Virus record (IMG/VR): IMGVR_UViG_3300028591_000076
Location: 128,001-192,000 of that record
DNA: 64,000 nucleotides
From: a virus
Taxonomy: Duplodnaviria; Caudoviricetes
Direction: 5' to 3' (one strand)
Numbering within the stretch: position 1 is the first letter of the stretch; every line of letters starts with the position of its first letter. The notes beneath the pieces were generated by a model, which saw only the letters and a program-made list of their open reading frames with translations, made no database searches and was not told the DNA's origin. Of this stretch, positions 48,213-57,622 are shown piece after piece. The position numbers and the translations under genes are program-made.

Positions 48213-48277
48213 ATTTCTTTATGAAAACCTCTTTTCTTAATTTTCTAGCATGATAGATATAGTTAGTTAGTGGTCTT

Positions 48278-50347
48278 CTAATAATTGCTATCAAGTGAAA
48301 ACTTTCCGTGTTCTACGTAATATGTTCTTACGCCTTCAGCATTAGACCTTACAATATCTCTTACTCCGCTCTTATGTGAAATAAAAAATACCTGGTCAAA
48401 TAATCCATTTGTAAATAAAGACTTAAATAATTTTTCAGCGTTTCCATCTGAGCTATGACCATCTGGCTCATCAAAAAAAGCAAATGGTAAACTATAAAGT
48501 TTACATAATGATACCTTAAATGCTAAAGTTAACAGGTCTTTTTCAAAACCTGATGCCATTTTAGCATTAGACATATCATCTTTATCAAAATTATTTTCTT
48601 TAGTATAGAAAAATTCTATACCTTTCTTATTTTGAAAAAGCTTAACTTCCATGTCTGGAAATACAACATGAATAAAATTATTCATTTCATCTTGTAATAT
48701 ATCACATGTTTTAACTGTAAGATAATCTGGTAAATTCTTACTTAATAAAGTATAAGCTTCTTTATATACTTTTTCATTCTTCTCTGCTTCCTCAATTTCA
48801 GCTTGAGTTTTAGTAGAGTCTTCTGTTAACTGTGCAATCTCATTTAATATAATTGTATTTGTTTTAATTATATTATCTCTAATAGAAATCTGCTTGTTAA
48901 TCTCATTGAGCTGTGCTTGTCCATTTTGTAAATCCCTATTAAGACTCTCATATTCTTGAAGAGACTTTTCTAGATTTTTCTGCTCTAAAGTAATTTGGGC
49001 TTCTTCCTTAGATAACTTATCTAATTCCGCATTCTTCTCTGGTAAAGATGATACTAGAGACTCTAATGAACTTATTTGATTTTGTAATGACTCTCTATTT
49101 CTAGTATTATTACTAATAGTACTATTATTAGTGGCCAACTTATTTGATAATTCTGATAACTTAGAATTTTTATTAGCCTTATCAGAAATTACACTATTTA
49201 AGTCATTTTGATTTTCTACACTTCTATTATTAATTGTCTCCAGCTGTTTAGTTACTTCTGCAAAAGACTTTTCATATTCAGTTCTATCAGCGTCTGTAAA
49301 TACATGACCACATTCAGGGCATTTTCCAGAGTCAATTAAACTTAGATGTTTTTTTATACTCTGTAAATTTGAAGATACTTCTGCTGTTTCTTTTATAAGA
49401 TTACTCTTTATATCTTCTAGAGTAGACTGTTTTTCTGACAACTCTAAAATTTCAGTATTTAATTTACTAATATCTTCAGTAATTGATAAAACTTCGCTAG
49501 ATAACTGTTGATTATCAGTCTCACACTTTAAAAGTGACTCTTTCATAGATGAAAGATTAGCTGTTTGAGTATTTATAGAATTAATACTACTAGATAATGT
49601 ATATTTTTGCTGTAAAATACTATTTAATGACTCATTTAATTTTTTCTGTTTTTCTGTTAAACCTGTATAATTAGAAAGTTGTTCTTGTACTACTTTTATT
49701 GCTGACTCTATTGTAGCAAGTTTATTAGAATAAATATCCTCTGGAACTTGTTGCTTTTGTCCTTCTTTAATAGATATTGCATTCTCGTTATAACTTATAT
49801 GTTCTTTTCCTTTTTTAATAATATCTCTGGCATCATCTATTTTTGTTTTACAAAAAGCTACTTCATTCTCAAAAGAAAAATTTAATAATTTTTTAAGATA
49901 ATTTGCTCTATCTGTTGGACCTTTGGAAGTAATATCGCCCGCTTTTTGCGCGGACATTAGTATATCACCAAAAAATGGCAAATCTAATTCAGCTAGAAGG
50001 GCGGTAACTTCTGAATTAATAAAAGGCTCTGGTCGCTTTGCTTTATATGTTACTTTTCTATCGAGAGTAGAAGACCCAGAACTTATAGTAATATCAAATA
50101 TAATTGGATTACCTCTAACTTCAGCATCCAAATATACTTTTGCTTCTTTTGTGCCTCGTTTTATATAATCTTTATAAGAGTCCCCCCTCTTACTTTCTGT
50201 AAGGCACAAACTTATTGCGTCCAAAACAGTACTTTTGCCATTACCATTATCTCCAAGCAAAATAATTACTCTTTGGTCCTTAAAGTCTAATTCTGCGTTA
50301 TCAACGCACATAAAATTTTTTAATTTTAATTTATTAAGCTTTATCAT
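48278..50347 (-). CDS. SbcC/Rad50 (T4 gp46-like) ATPase
   Basis: GDNGNGKST, Q-loop, coiled coils, CPECG zinc hook, ASGFE signature, FDEP, ISH. Confidence 0.9.
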   Translation of the reverse strand: MIKLNKLKLKNFMCVDNAELDFKDQRVIILLGDNGNGKSTVLDAISLCLTESKRGDSYKDYIKRGTKEAKVYLDAEVRGNPIIFDITISSGSSTLDRKVTYKAKRPEPFINSEVTALLAELDLPFFGDILMSAQKAGDITSKGPTDRANYLKKLLNFSFENEVAFCKTKIDDARDIIKKGKEHISYNENAISIKEGQKQQVPEDIYSNKLATIESAIKVVQEQLSNYTGLTEKQKKLNESLNSILQQKYTLSSSINSINTQTANLSSMKESLLKCETDNQQLSSEVLSITEDISKLNTEILELSEKQSTLEDIKSNLIKETAEVSSNLQSIKKHLSLIDSGKCPECGHVFTDADRTEYEKSFAEVTKQLETINNRSVENQNDLNSVISDKANKNSKLSELSNKLATNNSTISNNTRNRESLQNQISSLESLVSSLPEKNAELDKLSKEEAQITLEQKNLEKSLQEYESLNRDLQNGQAQLNEINKQISIRDNIIKTNTIILNEIAQLTEDSTKTQAEIEEAEKNEKVYKEAYTLLSKNLPDYLTVKTCDILQDEMNNFIHVVFPDMEVKLFQNKKGIEFFYTKENNFDKDDMSNAKMASGFEKDLLTLAFKVSLCKLYSLPFAFFDEPDGHSSDGNAEKLFKSLFTNGLFDQVFFISHKSGVRDIVRSNAEGVRTYYVEHGKFSLDSNY

Positions 50348-50580
50348 TTTCTCTTCGCTTTTACTAAGTCTTTTATATATGCTACAGTTACTCTTGTAGG
50401 CTTATCTTCATAATGAAGCATAGCAATATGTGGCGTTAATAGTTGATCCACCACTAACAATTGGTCAGGAGGTACTTTACAAGGACAAACTAAAAAAGGA
50501 TTTTTAATACTATGAGCCCGATAGAAATTCATCGTTTCAACTGAAGGAAACTCAATAAAACAAATATCATTTGGTTTCAA
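50344..50580 (-). CDS. Hypothetical protein
   Basis: Coupled ATGA overlap with sbcC-like gene. Confidence 0.5.
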   Translation of the reverse strand: MKPNDICFIEFPSVETMNFYRAHSIKNPFLVCPCKVPPDQLLVVDQLLTPHIAMLHYEDKPTRVTVAYIKDLVKAKRK

Positions 50581-50583
50581 GTA

Positions 50584-50793
50584 TTACCTTACCTTATTAG
50601 CAGAATGATAAGTCATCATCATTCCAGTCTTTAATAAATCATCTTCCTCAATATAGCCAACATTTATCTGATTATATTGCCTAGACATTTGTTTGCCACA
50701 ATTATCACAGATAACATCACCTATTTTTTCACCTGGTTTAAAATTAACAATTTTAGAGTATCCACATTCACAAATGTAATTCGCTTTAGCCAT
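50584..50793 (-). CDS. Small FmdB-like zinc-ribbon protein
   Basis: YICECG...CDNCG..M.R. Confidence 0.6.
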   Translation of the reverse strand: MAKANYICECGYSKIVNFKPGEKIGDVICDNCGKQMSRQYNQINVGYIEEDDLLKTGMMMTYHSANKVR

Positions 50794-51337
50794 TTACTAC
50801 TTCCTCTGCTTTATCCTTAAAAGACTTATATACCCTATCAAAATTATCATATATTGATACTAAATCATTATAATTAATTATATTTGCAAACTCAAATGTA
50901 CCTTTTGAAATAGAATTATAAGGTAATTTATTTAATTCTTTAAGATGAATAGAAAAGCCAACTTTATATAAGTCACTAAAATTATCATCCCACCTGAATA
51001 CAAACACCCTTTTATCAGCTCTTCCATAATCTACGCCAACTATAACAAGACTTCTAATTTCATTAGCTTTAGAATACTTTGTAAGATAATCATTTTGCCA
51101 AGGCTGTAATCTCTTAAAAGAAAAGGCACCAGGATTTTTCATAAATTTTGCTTCCCAACAAATAAAATTTAATTCATCCTTATTACCATTAAATTTATCC
51201 GCTGATAACATTCCTATACCATCAAAACATCTAATACTAGAATGTGCGCCGGTTTGAAAGCCCGACTCGTCAGGAATTTTATAACCCTCTATCATAGAAT
51301 GTTTAATAACAGTACATAATTCTGCTTCGTTCTTCAT
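50786..51337 (-). CDS. RecU-like Holliday junction resolvase (PD-(D/E)XK)
   Basis: KIPD, FDG.G, WEAK, RLQP.Q..YL. Confidence 0.65.
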   Translation of the reverse strand: MKNEAELCTVIKHSMIEGYKIPDESGFQTGAHSSIRCFDGIGMLSADKFNGNKDELNFICWEAKFMKNPGAFSFKRLQPWQNDYLTKYSKANEIRSLVIVGVDYGRADKRVFVFRWDDNFSDLYKVGFSIHLKELNKLPYNSISKGTFEFANIINYNDLVSIYDNFDRVYKSFKDKAEEVVNG

Positions 51338-51344
51338 AAATAAT

Positions 51345-51372
51345 AAAAGCTCCTAAATTTAATTTTAGGAGC
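51345..51372 (-). terminator. Intrinsic terminator
   Basis: GCTCCTAAA...TTTAGGAGC with an A run on the plus strand. Confidence 0.6.
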
Positions 51373-51395
51373 CTCCTTTTTCTAAGTTTTATAAA

Positions 51396-51740
51396 TTATA
51401 AGTGAAACCCACCTATATTATTAGGCATCTTAAAATTAGATGTCATATTATTCATCATATTTCTAGCTTGGCCCATCATATTATTACTCATAGAGTTCAT
51501 ATTACCCATAGGATTTTTAGTTAGGCCATTATTACCATTCATTGCTTCTTGTTGCTGTTTCTTAGTATGCTCATTTTCTTGTTCAACAATTGAAATTAAT
51601 GCATTATACATTGCTTTAACTGTTTCAAATGGCATCTTAAGCATTTCAGCAACACTATTATGGGTGTGTTTACTTAAACACAACATCAATTCCATCAGGC
51701 TCTGTGGTTGATATAGCTTGAAGTAAATCAAATAGGCGAA
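51396..51740 (-). CDS. Tail/baseplate chaperone C-terminal extension (gpT- or gp51-like), probably reached by +1 frameshift
   Basis: LSKHT..S..EM..MPF helical motif; overlaps the upstream gene in the +1 frame; no good SD. Confidence 0.5.
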   Translation of the reverse strand, partial: FAYLIYFKLYQPQSLMELMLCLSKHTHNSVAEMLKMPFETVKAMYNALISIVEQENEHTKKQQQEAMNGNNGLTKNPMGNMNSMSNNMMGQARNMMNNMTSNFKMPNNIGGFHL

Positions 51741-52761
51741 AGGTAAATGGGTATACAATCTCCTTGTTGGTAATTGGACTCTTGACCTTAATCTCTTTCT
51801 GCAATCCAATTTTCAACCCATCTAATGCATTAGAGATTTTTGTATATACTCTTAAATCTAATTCTGGATCATCTGCTAATGTAAGTTTTTTCTCAATAGG
51901 AAGATCACTTACATCTTTACCACGATACTCTAACAAATGAGCTGCTCTTGTAGCACGCATAATATCTAAGTTTCTTCGCATTAGATAATCACTGTATGCC
52001 TTTTCTTCTGCTTTTGTTAAAACAGGAATCATATCATAAGTAATTGGTTCACCACGGTCCTTCTTTGCTTTTTGCTCACGAATATATTCAGTCTTCTTAA
52101 TAATAGGCGCTAAAGTTTCTTCTTCTTGAGCATAAATAATATTAATAAAGTCACTAATATCGCGAACATCGCCATATTTTGGTAAACCATATACACAAGT
52201 AAATCCAGTTCTATTATTCTTTACATGTGCTTTTGGAGCAAAGTCATCTGGTAATGAATATGTACCAATATTATTAAGGTCAATATCAATCTTAGGCTTC
52301 CAGTCGCCGCTATCAATACTAGCCTTAAGCTTCAAATATGCATCTGACTGAGGACCACCATTTGTATCCTGTAAATATTTCCAGTCTGACTCTTGCAACT
52401 TATAAATTACGTCTTTCAATTTATCTGTATAGAAGGTCTTATACAGAATAAATAATGTTTCTATTACTTCATCTTCATGAAACTTACCAACGTCTATGTC
52501 ATCTTCATAAATAAGAGTATTAAGCATTTCAATTACTTTAATTGGCAAAGTATCATCATCTGTTAATGCCATACCTAACAAGTCTTCTGCTGTAAAGTTT
52601 CTAATATGAAATTTAGCAGGTGCATATAATTTACCTTTTGTAGAGAGTTCAACTGTTATATATCCATCGGGAACGGATGCTTCGCTATCCCTAATGTCTC
52701 TTGCATCTGCAAATCTTTCGTCTTCTTTAAGATCTGTTAAATCATTTGGAATATTATTCAT
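51670..52761 (-). CDS. Baseplate hub/tail assembly chaperone (T4 gp26/gp51-like family)
   Basis: VELSTKGKLY...IRNFT.ED; SD AGGAG. Confidence 0.55.
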   Translation of the reverse strand: MNNIPNDLTDLKEDERFADARDIRDSEASVPDGYITVELSTKGKLYAPAKFHIRNFTAEDLLGMALTDDDTLPIKVIEMLNTLIYEDDIDVGKFHEDEVIETLFILYKTFYTDKLKDVIYKLQESDWKYLQDTNGGPQSDAYLKLKASIDSGDWKPKIDIDLNNIGTYSLPDDFAPKAHVKNNRTGFTCVYGLPKYGDVRDISDFINIIYAQEEETLAPIIKKTEYIREQKAKKDRGEPITYDMIPVLTKAEEKAYSDYLMRRNLDIMRATRAAHLLEYRGKDVSDLPIEKKLTLADDPELDLRVYTKISNALDGLKIGLQKEIKVKSPITNKEIVYPFTFRLFDLLQAISTTEPDGIDVVFK

Positions 52762-52805
52762 TATATCTCCTAGAATCTATAGTTTATATATTAGATTTTC
52801 TATAT

Positions 52806-52839
52806 AAAAAATAAAGCTGCTAACATAATTAGCAGCTTT
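52806..52839 (-). terminator. Intrinsic terminator containing a CTAATT motif
   Basis: AAAGCTGCTAA-cataa-TTAGCAGCTTT with A run. Confidence 0.7.
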
Positions 52840-52875
52840 CAAGTATTCTCAAAATATGATATTTTTATATTTATA

Positions 52876-54696
52876 TTATTTTGTTATAGCATTATAAACT
52901 AAATCTCTTTGATTATTATCTAAGCCTAAGTCAAAAAGAACAGAGAATGTTTTCCAAGTACGCTTATGGGTATTTATTCCACCCTTTAAGTTCTCATTCA
53001 ATACTTTTTCAACATTACTTTCTGACCAGTCATTTGACTCTTTAAGCTTTGAAATTGCTGTATTAAAAGACTGGAATAATTTATTACCGTCCTTTGTTAA
53101 AGACATTTCGTTAAGAAGGTCTCTATTACCATCAATTACTTTAGCTTGTAATTTACCATTTTCGTCTGTATAATTTTGTACTTTACCCGTAATTTGTTTT
53201 CCAGCTGCAGTACCTTTTCTCTTTGTTTCAGAATCTGGTAATTGAGAGCCCATTCCCTTTAGCTTACCTAATACAACGTCTGCGCCAAGAACATTACATG
53301 CATTTATAATTTCTGGTACCTGAATATTGTACTCTTCCAAAATATATTTAATTGAGAGTTCTTTATTACCATTGGTTAAAGTACCAGCAACTTCTCCGTC
53401 CCATTTCTGTTTTGGATTAGGGATATCATTATAAAAATCTTCATATAAGTCTTTAGAAGATGAGCTTCCTAAGCCACTTAAAGCATTAATAATAATATAT
53501 TTAAGTATCTTTGCTTTTCTATTTGGCTTTTCTTTTCCATCTGCTGTTTTCTTTACATAGGCCCATCTATTTGGTTTACCTTGGCTTGTATAATGCACAT
53601 CTTTACAGCACTCTTCCCATTTTTCCATAAATGCATTAGTTGCAGCATCTGCTTCAATATCATTAGTAAGAAGACCATTAGACTTCATATACTTATATTC
53701 CATAGAATCTTCGGCTGACATTTCTTCATCTTTTCCATTTTTCTCAGTTTGGAAAGAAGTAGAGTCTACGGTATTAATAACGTTTCTAGTTATATCCTTA
53801 CCATCTGCACCTTTAAATGTTACACTTTTCTGTGTACCAAGGCCAGAAATACCTTCTTGCGTTTCATCTGCTAATAAATCTCTATTAGTATTTAATAATT
53901 CAGCATAAAATCTACCCTGGATTGCATTAAAGTAATCATAATTAGGGATTTTAGAACTGCCTTTATTCTTATTAGCATCTATAGCTTTAGTAATTGCATC
54001 GAAGTTAAATGAAGCTTGTCTAATAGTATAAAATTCTTCTGGCTTATGTTCTACACCATCATAAATTATACTCTTACCATCTTTTAGGTCTTTTAAAAAG
54101 TTCTGATACTCAGACTTTTTCATTTTACCACTTTTTAATTTATCATCTGCAAAATCAGCGAACTTCTTAGCTGAAAAAGTGCCTTTGTAGCCAGATTTAA
54201 GATAAGAGCCGTCTTGCATCATGAACAAAAACTTCATATAAGCTTCACTAATATATGCCTCATATGAGTCATTATGACTATCACCATATGTTCTAGTTGT
54301 ATTATTATATGCTCTACTAGCTTCATTTTTATTATGAAAGGCCGCACTTACTGTACTCATGCATTTTAAAAAGCAGTAGTCCAATGATTTCTTTCTTTCA
54401 GAAGTTTTAGCCTTCTTAAAGATCTTATAATACTTATCTACAGTACTTCTATCGGCATTTTTTCCCTTTAAAACTATAGTTGTATTTCTTTTTGCTAAAT
54501 AATCAATTTGTGAATCTGTAAGCAATGCTGCTTTAACAGCATCCGCTGAAAATTGAAGTGGCGTTTCACTACGCTTAGCTCTTTCATATGCTAAATTCAT
54601 AGCTGCGGTATATTCTGTACTACTAACAAAATATTTTTTTGCTATTCTTTCATTTATACCCTTAGTTACAACTGATTCTATTTCTTCATTTGTCAT
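52876..54696 (-). CDS. Hypothetical protein, possibly virion-internal
   Basis: 606 aa; several I/L-x-E motifs; CTAATT upstream. Confidence 0.6.
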   Translation of the reverse strand: MTNEEIESVVTKGINERIAKKYFVSSTEYTAAMNLAYERAKRSETPLQFSADAVKAALLTDSQIDYLAKRNTTIVLKGKNADRSTVDKYYKIFKKAKTSERKKSLDYCFLKCMSTVSAAFHNKNEASRAYNNTTRTYGDSHNDSYEAYISEAYMKFLFMMQDGSYLKSGYKGTFSAKKFADFADDKLKSGKMKKSEYQNFLKDLKDGKSIIYDGVEHKPEEFYTIRQASFNFDAITKAIDANKNKGSSKIPNYDYFNAIQGRFYAELLNTNRDLLADETQEGISGLGTQKSVTFKGADGKDITRNVINTVDSTSFQTEKNGKDEEMSAEDSMEYKYMKSNGLLTNDIEADAATNAFMEKWEECCKDVHYTSQGKPNRWAYVKKTADGKEKPNRKAKILKYIIINALSGLGSSSSKDLYEDFYNDIPNPKQKWDGEVAGTLTNGNKELSIKYILEEYNIQVPEIINACNVLGADVVLGKLKGMGSQLPDSETKRKGTAAGKQITGKVQNYTDENGKLQAKVIDGNRDLLNEMSLTKDGNKLFQSFNTAISKLKESNDWSESNVEKVLNENLKGGINTHKRTWKTFSVLFDLGLDNNQRDLVYNAITK

Positions 54697-54721
54697 ATTT
54701 ATATATCCTTGATAATTAGAC

Positions 54722-55009
54722 TTAAATAATTAGTGTATTCAAAAACTTTAATATGTCTTTTCTAGTTCTATTAGATGTAAAAAATGCACACTTTTTTGAG
54801 TCATCTAAAATAGCAGTAGTATATCTACCAATATTAAAGTAAGAATTATTACCTAATAAAGCAACTTTTAATAATTGCGTTAACCAAGATTCTATTGTTG
54901 TAGTATTAAAAACATGCATCTGTTCTTTATCTTTAATAAAATTTACCATTAAAGGTATAATCTCATTTTCGATTAAGAATATATCATTATCTTCATTTCG
55001 CAACATCAA
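54722..55009 (-). CDS. Hypothetical protein
   Basis: Operon context. Confidence 0.5.
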   Translation of the reverse strand: MMLRNEDNDIFLIENEIIPLMVNFIKDKEQMHVFNTTTIESWLTQLLKVALLGNNSYFNIGRYTTAILDDSKKCAFFTSNRTRKDILKFLNTLII

Positions 55010-55026
55010 TTAAAGACCCCTTATAT

Positions 55027-55434
55027 CTATAACTTCATAACATTATAAATGCTATGTATTGTACTATATTTAATTCTATTTTTATATTGTGTTTTACTTA
55101 AAAAAAGAATAAGAGACCTTTCATCTATTGGCCCTTCATAATTTAATAAAGCTTCTCTGATATTATTATCAGTTGCATAAGTAATTATACAATCCTGTGC
55201 AGCTCGCATATACCATCGATATTCTGGGTTCCGTATAACCTTATTTAATATTTGTAATTCCGATAAGTAATCTTCTGCAATTAAAGATATCTTTACATCT
55301 TCTGATAACTCTTGCATATTAGAAGATTTAAAACGAGAAATTATTTCTGCATAGCCTTTTGCTCGCTGTCTATCAGCGAGCAAATTGGAATGAGAACAAT
55401 TTATATATTCTTTTTGTAATTGACTTAATGTCAT
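55027..55434 (-). CDS. Hypothetical protein
   Basis: Operon context. Confidence 0.55.
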   Translation of the reverse strand: MTLSQLQKEYINCSHSNLLADRQRAKGYAEIISRFKSSNMQELSEDVKISLIAEDYLSELQILNKVIRNPEYRWYMRAAQDCIITYATDNNIREALLNYEGPIDERSLILFLSKTQYKNRIKYSTIHSIYNVMKL

Positions 55435-55438
55435 TCTT

Positions 55439-56020
55439 TTATACGCCTAATACTGCTTTTGATAGAGCAGAAGAAGCACCAGCATCTCTCCAGCTAGGAA
55501 CAGCAATTACTGCCATTTCTTGTGGTCCCATGTTTTGAATTGCCTTTGTTACTTCTAATTTTGGCGGATAAGGATTTCTAGGTGTTGGGGTATTAGAGTC
55601 TTCAACAGACTTAGTATAAGCCATTCTCTGGCCATTATCATAAGTAACTGCCTCTTCCCAATACTTAATTCTATCTTCTGTTTCTCTATCTTTATCTTCA
55701 ATATTTTTTATTGCATTTAAATATTGTTGGCCATTTATTGCTACATACATAACAAAGTCATTAAAATCAACTGCATCTTTATCAATTGATTTCCATTCTG
55801 TATCTGGCACATATGACCTAATAGAGTTTACATTACCCACTTTTTCATTATTCATAATTGCTAATTTTGAGAAATCCTCATGGTCTCTCATAGCTTTATA
55901 AAAGAGGGTATCTGACTCTGTTCTTATGTCATCCATGCTTTCGCCTGCAGCATGAATATGTATATGCTTTAAGTCGTTTGCGAAAAGTGCCGCATAATAT
56001 GCTAATTTAGAATATTCCAT
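55439..56020 (-). CDS. Hypothetical protein, weak Dps/ferritin-like similarity
   Basis: DLKHIHIHAAG followed by a helical acidic segment. Confidence 0.4.
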   Translation of the reverse strand: MEYSKLAYYAALFANDLKHIHIHAAGESMDDIRTESDTLFYKAMRDHEDFSKLAIMNNEKVGNVNSIRSYVPDTEWKSIDKDAVDFNDFVMYVAINGQQYLNAIKNIEDKDRETEDRIKYWEEAVTYDNGQRMAYTKSVEDSNTPTPRNPYPPKLEVTKAIQNMGPQEMAVIAVPSWRDAGASSALSKAVLGV

Positions 56021-56137
56021 AAAGAAATTAGTAGAAATAATTACAAATTATATAATTATAAATTTTATACTAAATTTTGTTAATCTTTTATATATTTTCT
56101 AAAAAAGTTACATATTATAAATATAAAGGAGACTATT

Positions 56138-56500
56138 ATGACTAAGACTATAAAGTTTAATAATGAAGCACTTTTTAATCTACAAACTCTTAATGGCTTA
56201 ATTATGTCTACATGGGGTATGCATTATGATGAATCAGAAGAAAAAATTGAAGAGGCTTTTCAACGTGGTCTTATTGATTTTAATCATGTTAAAAATAGAT
56301 ATGATAAAGTTTTTAATATGAAAAATGGACCTTTTGATTATGATATAAATTATGAAAAGAACCTTTTAAGTAAATTAAATAAAGAATTCAAAAAAGTGAG
56401 ATCTTATAAATTACCTTGGTTTATGAAAACTTATGTAGATTTTATTGATGAAAAATTTAAAGAACTTATGACCATATATAAAAATGGAGGCTGGAAATAA
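56138..56500 (+). CDS. Hypothetical protein
   Basis: SD AAGGAG; own terminator. Confidence 0.65.
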   Translation: MTKTIKFNNEALFNLQTLNGLIMSTWGMHYDESEEKIEEAFQRGLIDFNHVKNRYDKVFNMKNGPFDYDINYEKNLLSKLNKEFKKVRSYKLPWFMKTYVDFIDEKFKELMTIYKNGGWK

Positions 56501-56523
56501 AAATGGCCTAATTTTAGGCCATT
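56498..56523. terminator. Bidirectional intrinsic terminator
   Basis: AATGGCCTAA-tt-TTAGGCCATT. Confidence 0.7.
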
Positions 56524-56529
56524 CATAAT

Positions 56530-57240
56530 TTATGCTACTAACTCAAAGGCTTTATTTATTGTATTCATATCAGCAAATTTAAGATTTTTTAAGTACCAAT
56601 TCAAACATAAATCTTCTTCTTTTATTTCTTCATGGTCGCCAATAGAATGATATAATTTTATTCCCCTAAGACTTAAATCTTTAATACGTCTTTTCATATA
56701 ATCGAAAATATCACGTACTACCGTATGCAATTTAATAAGAAGTTTCTGAGCTATTGCTTTTTCTTCATTTTTAAAATTCACGCGACTCTTTATAAGCTGT
56801 AAAGTCCTATTATAAATGTCAGCAATAGCAAATAATTTATTCTCTACATCATCAATTTTAGAATCTTTTATATTTAATTCAACTCGCTTATTAATTAAAT
56901 CATCAAAGGAATCTGTCGCTTTTCTTATAAGCTCATCAATATCATTACCTAAATTATCAGCATATGTTCCTTCTGATAATTTAGAAATACCCTTATATAA
57001 TGATTCTAAAATTTTATAAACATCATTTAATCTATATTCTTTTGAGTCCCTCATAGAAGAAAGTAATCTTATACATGAACTCATAGCAGCTTTCATTTCT
57101 GGGTTATACTCCGCAGAAGGATGAAATAATTCTTTCTTAAAGAATTCTACAATTTGTCGGCTATTCATATCATATGAATACTCTTGTAATCTAGAACTCA
57201 AACTTGCTTTATATATATTTTCAAAAAGATTCTTATTCAT
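56530..57240 (-). CDS. Hypothetical helical protein with MNKNLFENIY leader
   Basis: 236-aa ORF; CTAATT-N5-ATG. Confidence 0.6.
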   Translation of the reverse strand: MNKNLFENIYKASLSSRLQEYSYDMNSRQIVEFFKKELFHPSAEYNPEMKAAMSSCIRLLSSMRDSKEYRLNDVYKILESLYKGISKLSEGTYADNLGNDIDELIRKATDSFDDLINKRVELNIKDSKIDDVENKLFAIADIYNRTLQLIKSRVNFKNEEKAIAQKLLIKLHTVVRDIFDYMKRRIKDLSLRGIKLYHSIGDHEEIKEEDLCLNWYLKNLKFADMNTINKAFELVA

Positions 57241-57256
57241 AAAATAATTAGTATAC

Positions 57257-57616
57257 TTATACCAATTTTTTATTAAATTCTTTTTCTAAAGAATGTAAAC
57301 AATGCTTTTCACATAGAGTGCCATTCATAGCAGATAATAATGAATATTTTGGTAATTTATTCTCTTTTAGCAAAGACCTTACAAATAAATATGTTTTCTT
57401 TCGTTGCTTATAAGAGCTAATCATTGAATATTCAATATAAATAAGGAAAGTCATGCCCGGTATAATTTGTGCAATATAATACCATTTAGATATATCTAAC
57501 TTAAAATAAAAATAAGCTAATCCCATTATTATATAGTCTACTATACAAAATACAAAGCCAAATCTTATCCAAAACGTACAAACTAAAAAAGTATAAAAAT
57601 TAGAATCTTTATTCAT
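57257..57616 (-). CDS. Hypothetical membrane protein
   Basis: Two hydrophobic segments. Confidence 0.5.
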   Translation of the reverse strand: MNKDSNFYTFLVCTFWIRFGFVFCIVDYIIMGLAYFYFKLDISKWYYIAQIIPGMTFLIYIEYSMISSYKQRKKTYLFVRSLLKENKLPKYSLLSAMNGTLCEKHCLHSLEKEFNKKLV

Positions 57617-57622
57617 ATAAGG

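Noticed and set aside
51741-51809. ORF-track N-terminus MDCRKRL... of 51396..51809
   Set aside because: It lies deep inside the upstream gene with no SD; better explained as open frame ahead of the shift site or a later start.
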